Positions 62,835 to 64,000 of a stretch of DNA of 64,000 nucleotides are shown here, piece after piece. The notes beneath the pieces are model-generated. The model ran no database searches, was not told where the DNA came from, and saw only the letters and a list, made by a program, of their open reading frames with translations. The position numbers were made by a program, and so were the translations under genes. How positions within the stretch are numbered: the first letter of the stretch is position 1; the number at the start of each line of letters is the position of its first letter. The stretch comes from Nitrosopumilaceae archaeon (GTDB lineage: Archaea > Thermoproteota > Nitrososphaeria > Nitrososphaerales > Nitrosopumilaceae), in the NCBI GenBank assembly GCA_965209085.1, contig OZ242376.1:1472001-1536000 (forward strand), in the 5' to 3' direction.

Positions 62835-62955
62835 TTACATACGTGAAATAAGAGATGCGATCTGCGTTTATTGTCAAAAACGGGAACAAATACAGACCCA
62901 GATGTCCTAATGCGATCAATGATATTTTTATAAATCTCCGTATCGGGGTACATTT

Positions 62956-64000
62956 ATGTCCAAATACGAGGATCTTGTGGCAAGAATTCTAGAGCAAAAG
63001 AGCGATCAAAACCGCGAATCCCTAAATGAGCTGATAAAACAAAAAAAAGAGACCGTAGGTAAAGGGTATTTGCAGGACAAAGGTGCACTCTACCTTATAG
63101 CTGCTGACCTCAAAGTATCACTTGGCGAGCCCACTAATGATAGCATTGCCATAAAAGACATCTTTAGTGGAGCAAAAGATGTCTCACTTGAAACTCGCGT
63201 TTTAAACGTGGCAAAACCCAGACAGTTTTCACGCAAGGATGGCACAGAATTTCTTTTGAGAACAATGACAGTGTATGATAACGGCGGTACTGCCAGCGTA
63301 AAGCTGTGGGATGAGAAAGCAAACCTCCCAGGTATTGAAAACCTAAAACCTGGCGATTTGGTCAGAATAGTAAAGGCGTACGTCAAATCCGATCTTAGCG
63401 GTGCGCCAACCATAAACATCGGTTCAGGCTCATCAATAGAGCCCTCGGATTCACAAAGTGACATACGCGGAATTGATTCAATGTCAGTTGATGTTGGAAC
63501 GATAAAACAGCACGAGGAAAAAGATCTTGTGGTAACAGGAGCCGTGGACGGTCCTATTAGCACGATAAATTTTACAAATTCCAAAGGTCAGCCCGGCAAG
63601 GGATTAAAGATGAGGTTAAAGGGAAATGACGAATCTTTTATGCGCATTGTAGTGTGGGGTCAGGATGAATCAAACCTGCCTCCTGTAATATCACACGGCT
63701 CGGTTGCAAAATTAATCGGAGTTCGCACAAAGGAAAGCAAACAGGGCGGATTAGAGCTGCACGGTAACGAGGGAACTGCAATACAGGTTGATGGTTCGCA
63801 CGATATCCAGCCAATTACTGCAAGAATAATTTCAGTTTCAAAAACAAACGCGGGAAAACGCATGGTGCTGTGCGCGGATGCAAAAAAATCCATGATAAAA
63901 ATTGGCGATGATGCAAACATTACAGAACAGTTTGCGCCGGGGGATGTCATAGAATGCATGCCTTCAAGAATATACGGCAATTCAATAACGCTTGATTCAA
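62956..64000 (+). CDS. rpa: Replication protein A-like multi-OB-fold ssDNA-binding protein (runs off window)
   Basis: Not in the ORF track; translated by hand: MSKYEDLV...IKDIFSGAKDVSLETRVL...RQFSRKDG...VYDNGGTASVKLWD and a second OB fold (MRIVVWG). Confidence 0.85.
   Translation, partial: MSKYEDLVARILEQKSDQNRESLNELIKQKKETVGKGYLQDKGALYLIAADLKVSLGEPTNDSIAIKDIFSGAKDVSLETRVLNVAKPRQFSRKDGTEFLLRTMTVYDNGGTASVKLWDEKANLPGIENLKPGDLVRIVKAYVKSDLSGAPTINIGSGSSIEPSDSQSDIRGIDSMSVDVGTIKQHEEKDLVVTGAVDGPISTINFTNSKGQPGKGLKMRLKGNDESFMRIVVWGQDESNLPPVISHGSVAKLIGVRTKESKQGGLELHGNEGTAIQVDGSHDIQPITARIISVSKTNAGKRMVLCADAKKSMIKIGDDANITEQFAPGDVIECMPSRIYGNSITLDS

Overview
Chromosomal window of an ammonia-oxidising archaeon (Nitrososphaerota, Nitrosopumilaceae-like). 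The assignment rests on gatD/gatE, the tetraether synthase tes, pelota, cdc48, archaeal 7S SRP RNA and RPA. Most of the window is core genes: cyoE, asd, aspartate kinase, mtnA, ilvE, rpl2, grpE-dnaK-dnaJ and three canonical tRNAs. Standing out from this are: (i) a 19.7-kb ORF for a 6572-aa secreted adhesin-like protein with an FG-GAP head, near-identical 1098/2196-bp Ig-like repeats and two LVIVD propellers whose differences concentrate in loop motifs; (ii) a family of ~78-bp MITEs (TIR GTATGAGGTCA, 8-bp target duplications) whose ends match an IS66 remnant in the window; (iii) a 57.8-61.4 kb region of decayed IS110/IS1111, IS66, IS481 and IS5-like elements that still holds an intact Panacea (DUF4065) antitoxin plus membrane-protein pair between two halves of a MITE; (iv) an atypical tRNA-Leu(TAA) whose stem mismatches are all A-C; (v) an unannotated two-hairpin RNA candidate after the aspartate kinase gene; (vi) tandem-repeat expansions in both GrpE and DnaK. 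A host-associated (e.g. sponge symbiont) lifestyle is inferred from the IS load and giant adhesin but is not shown. All family calls come from motif recognition by eye; no database search was run.
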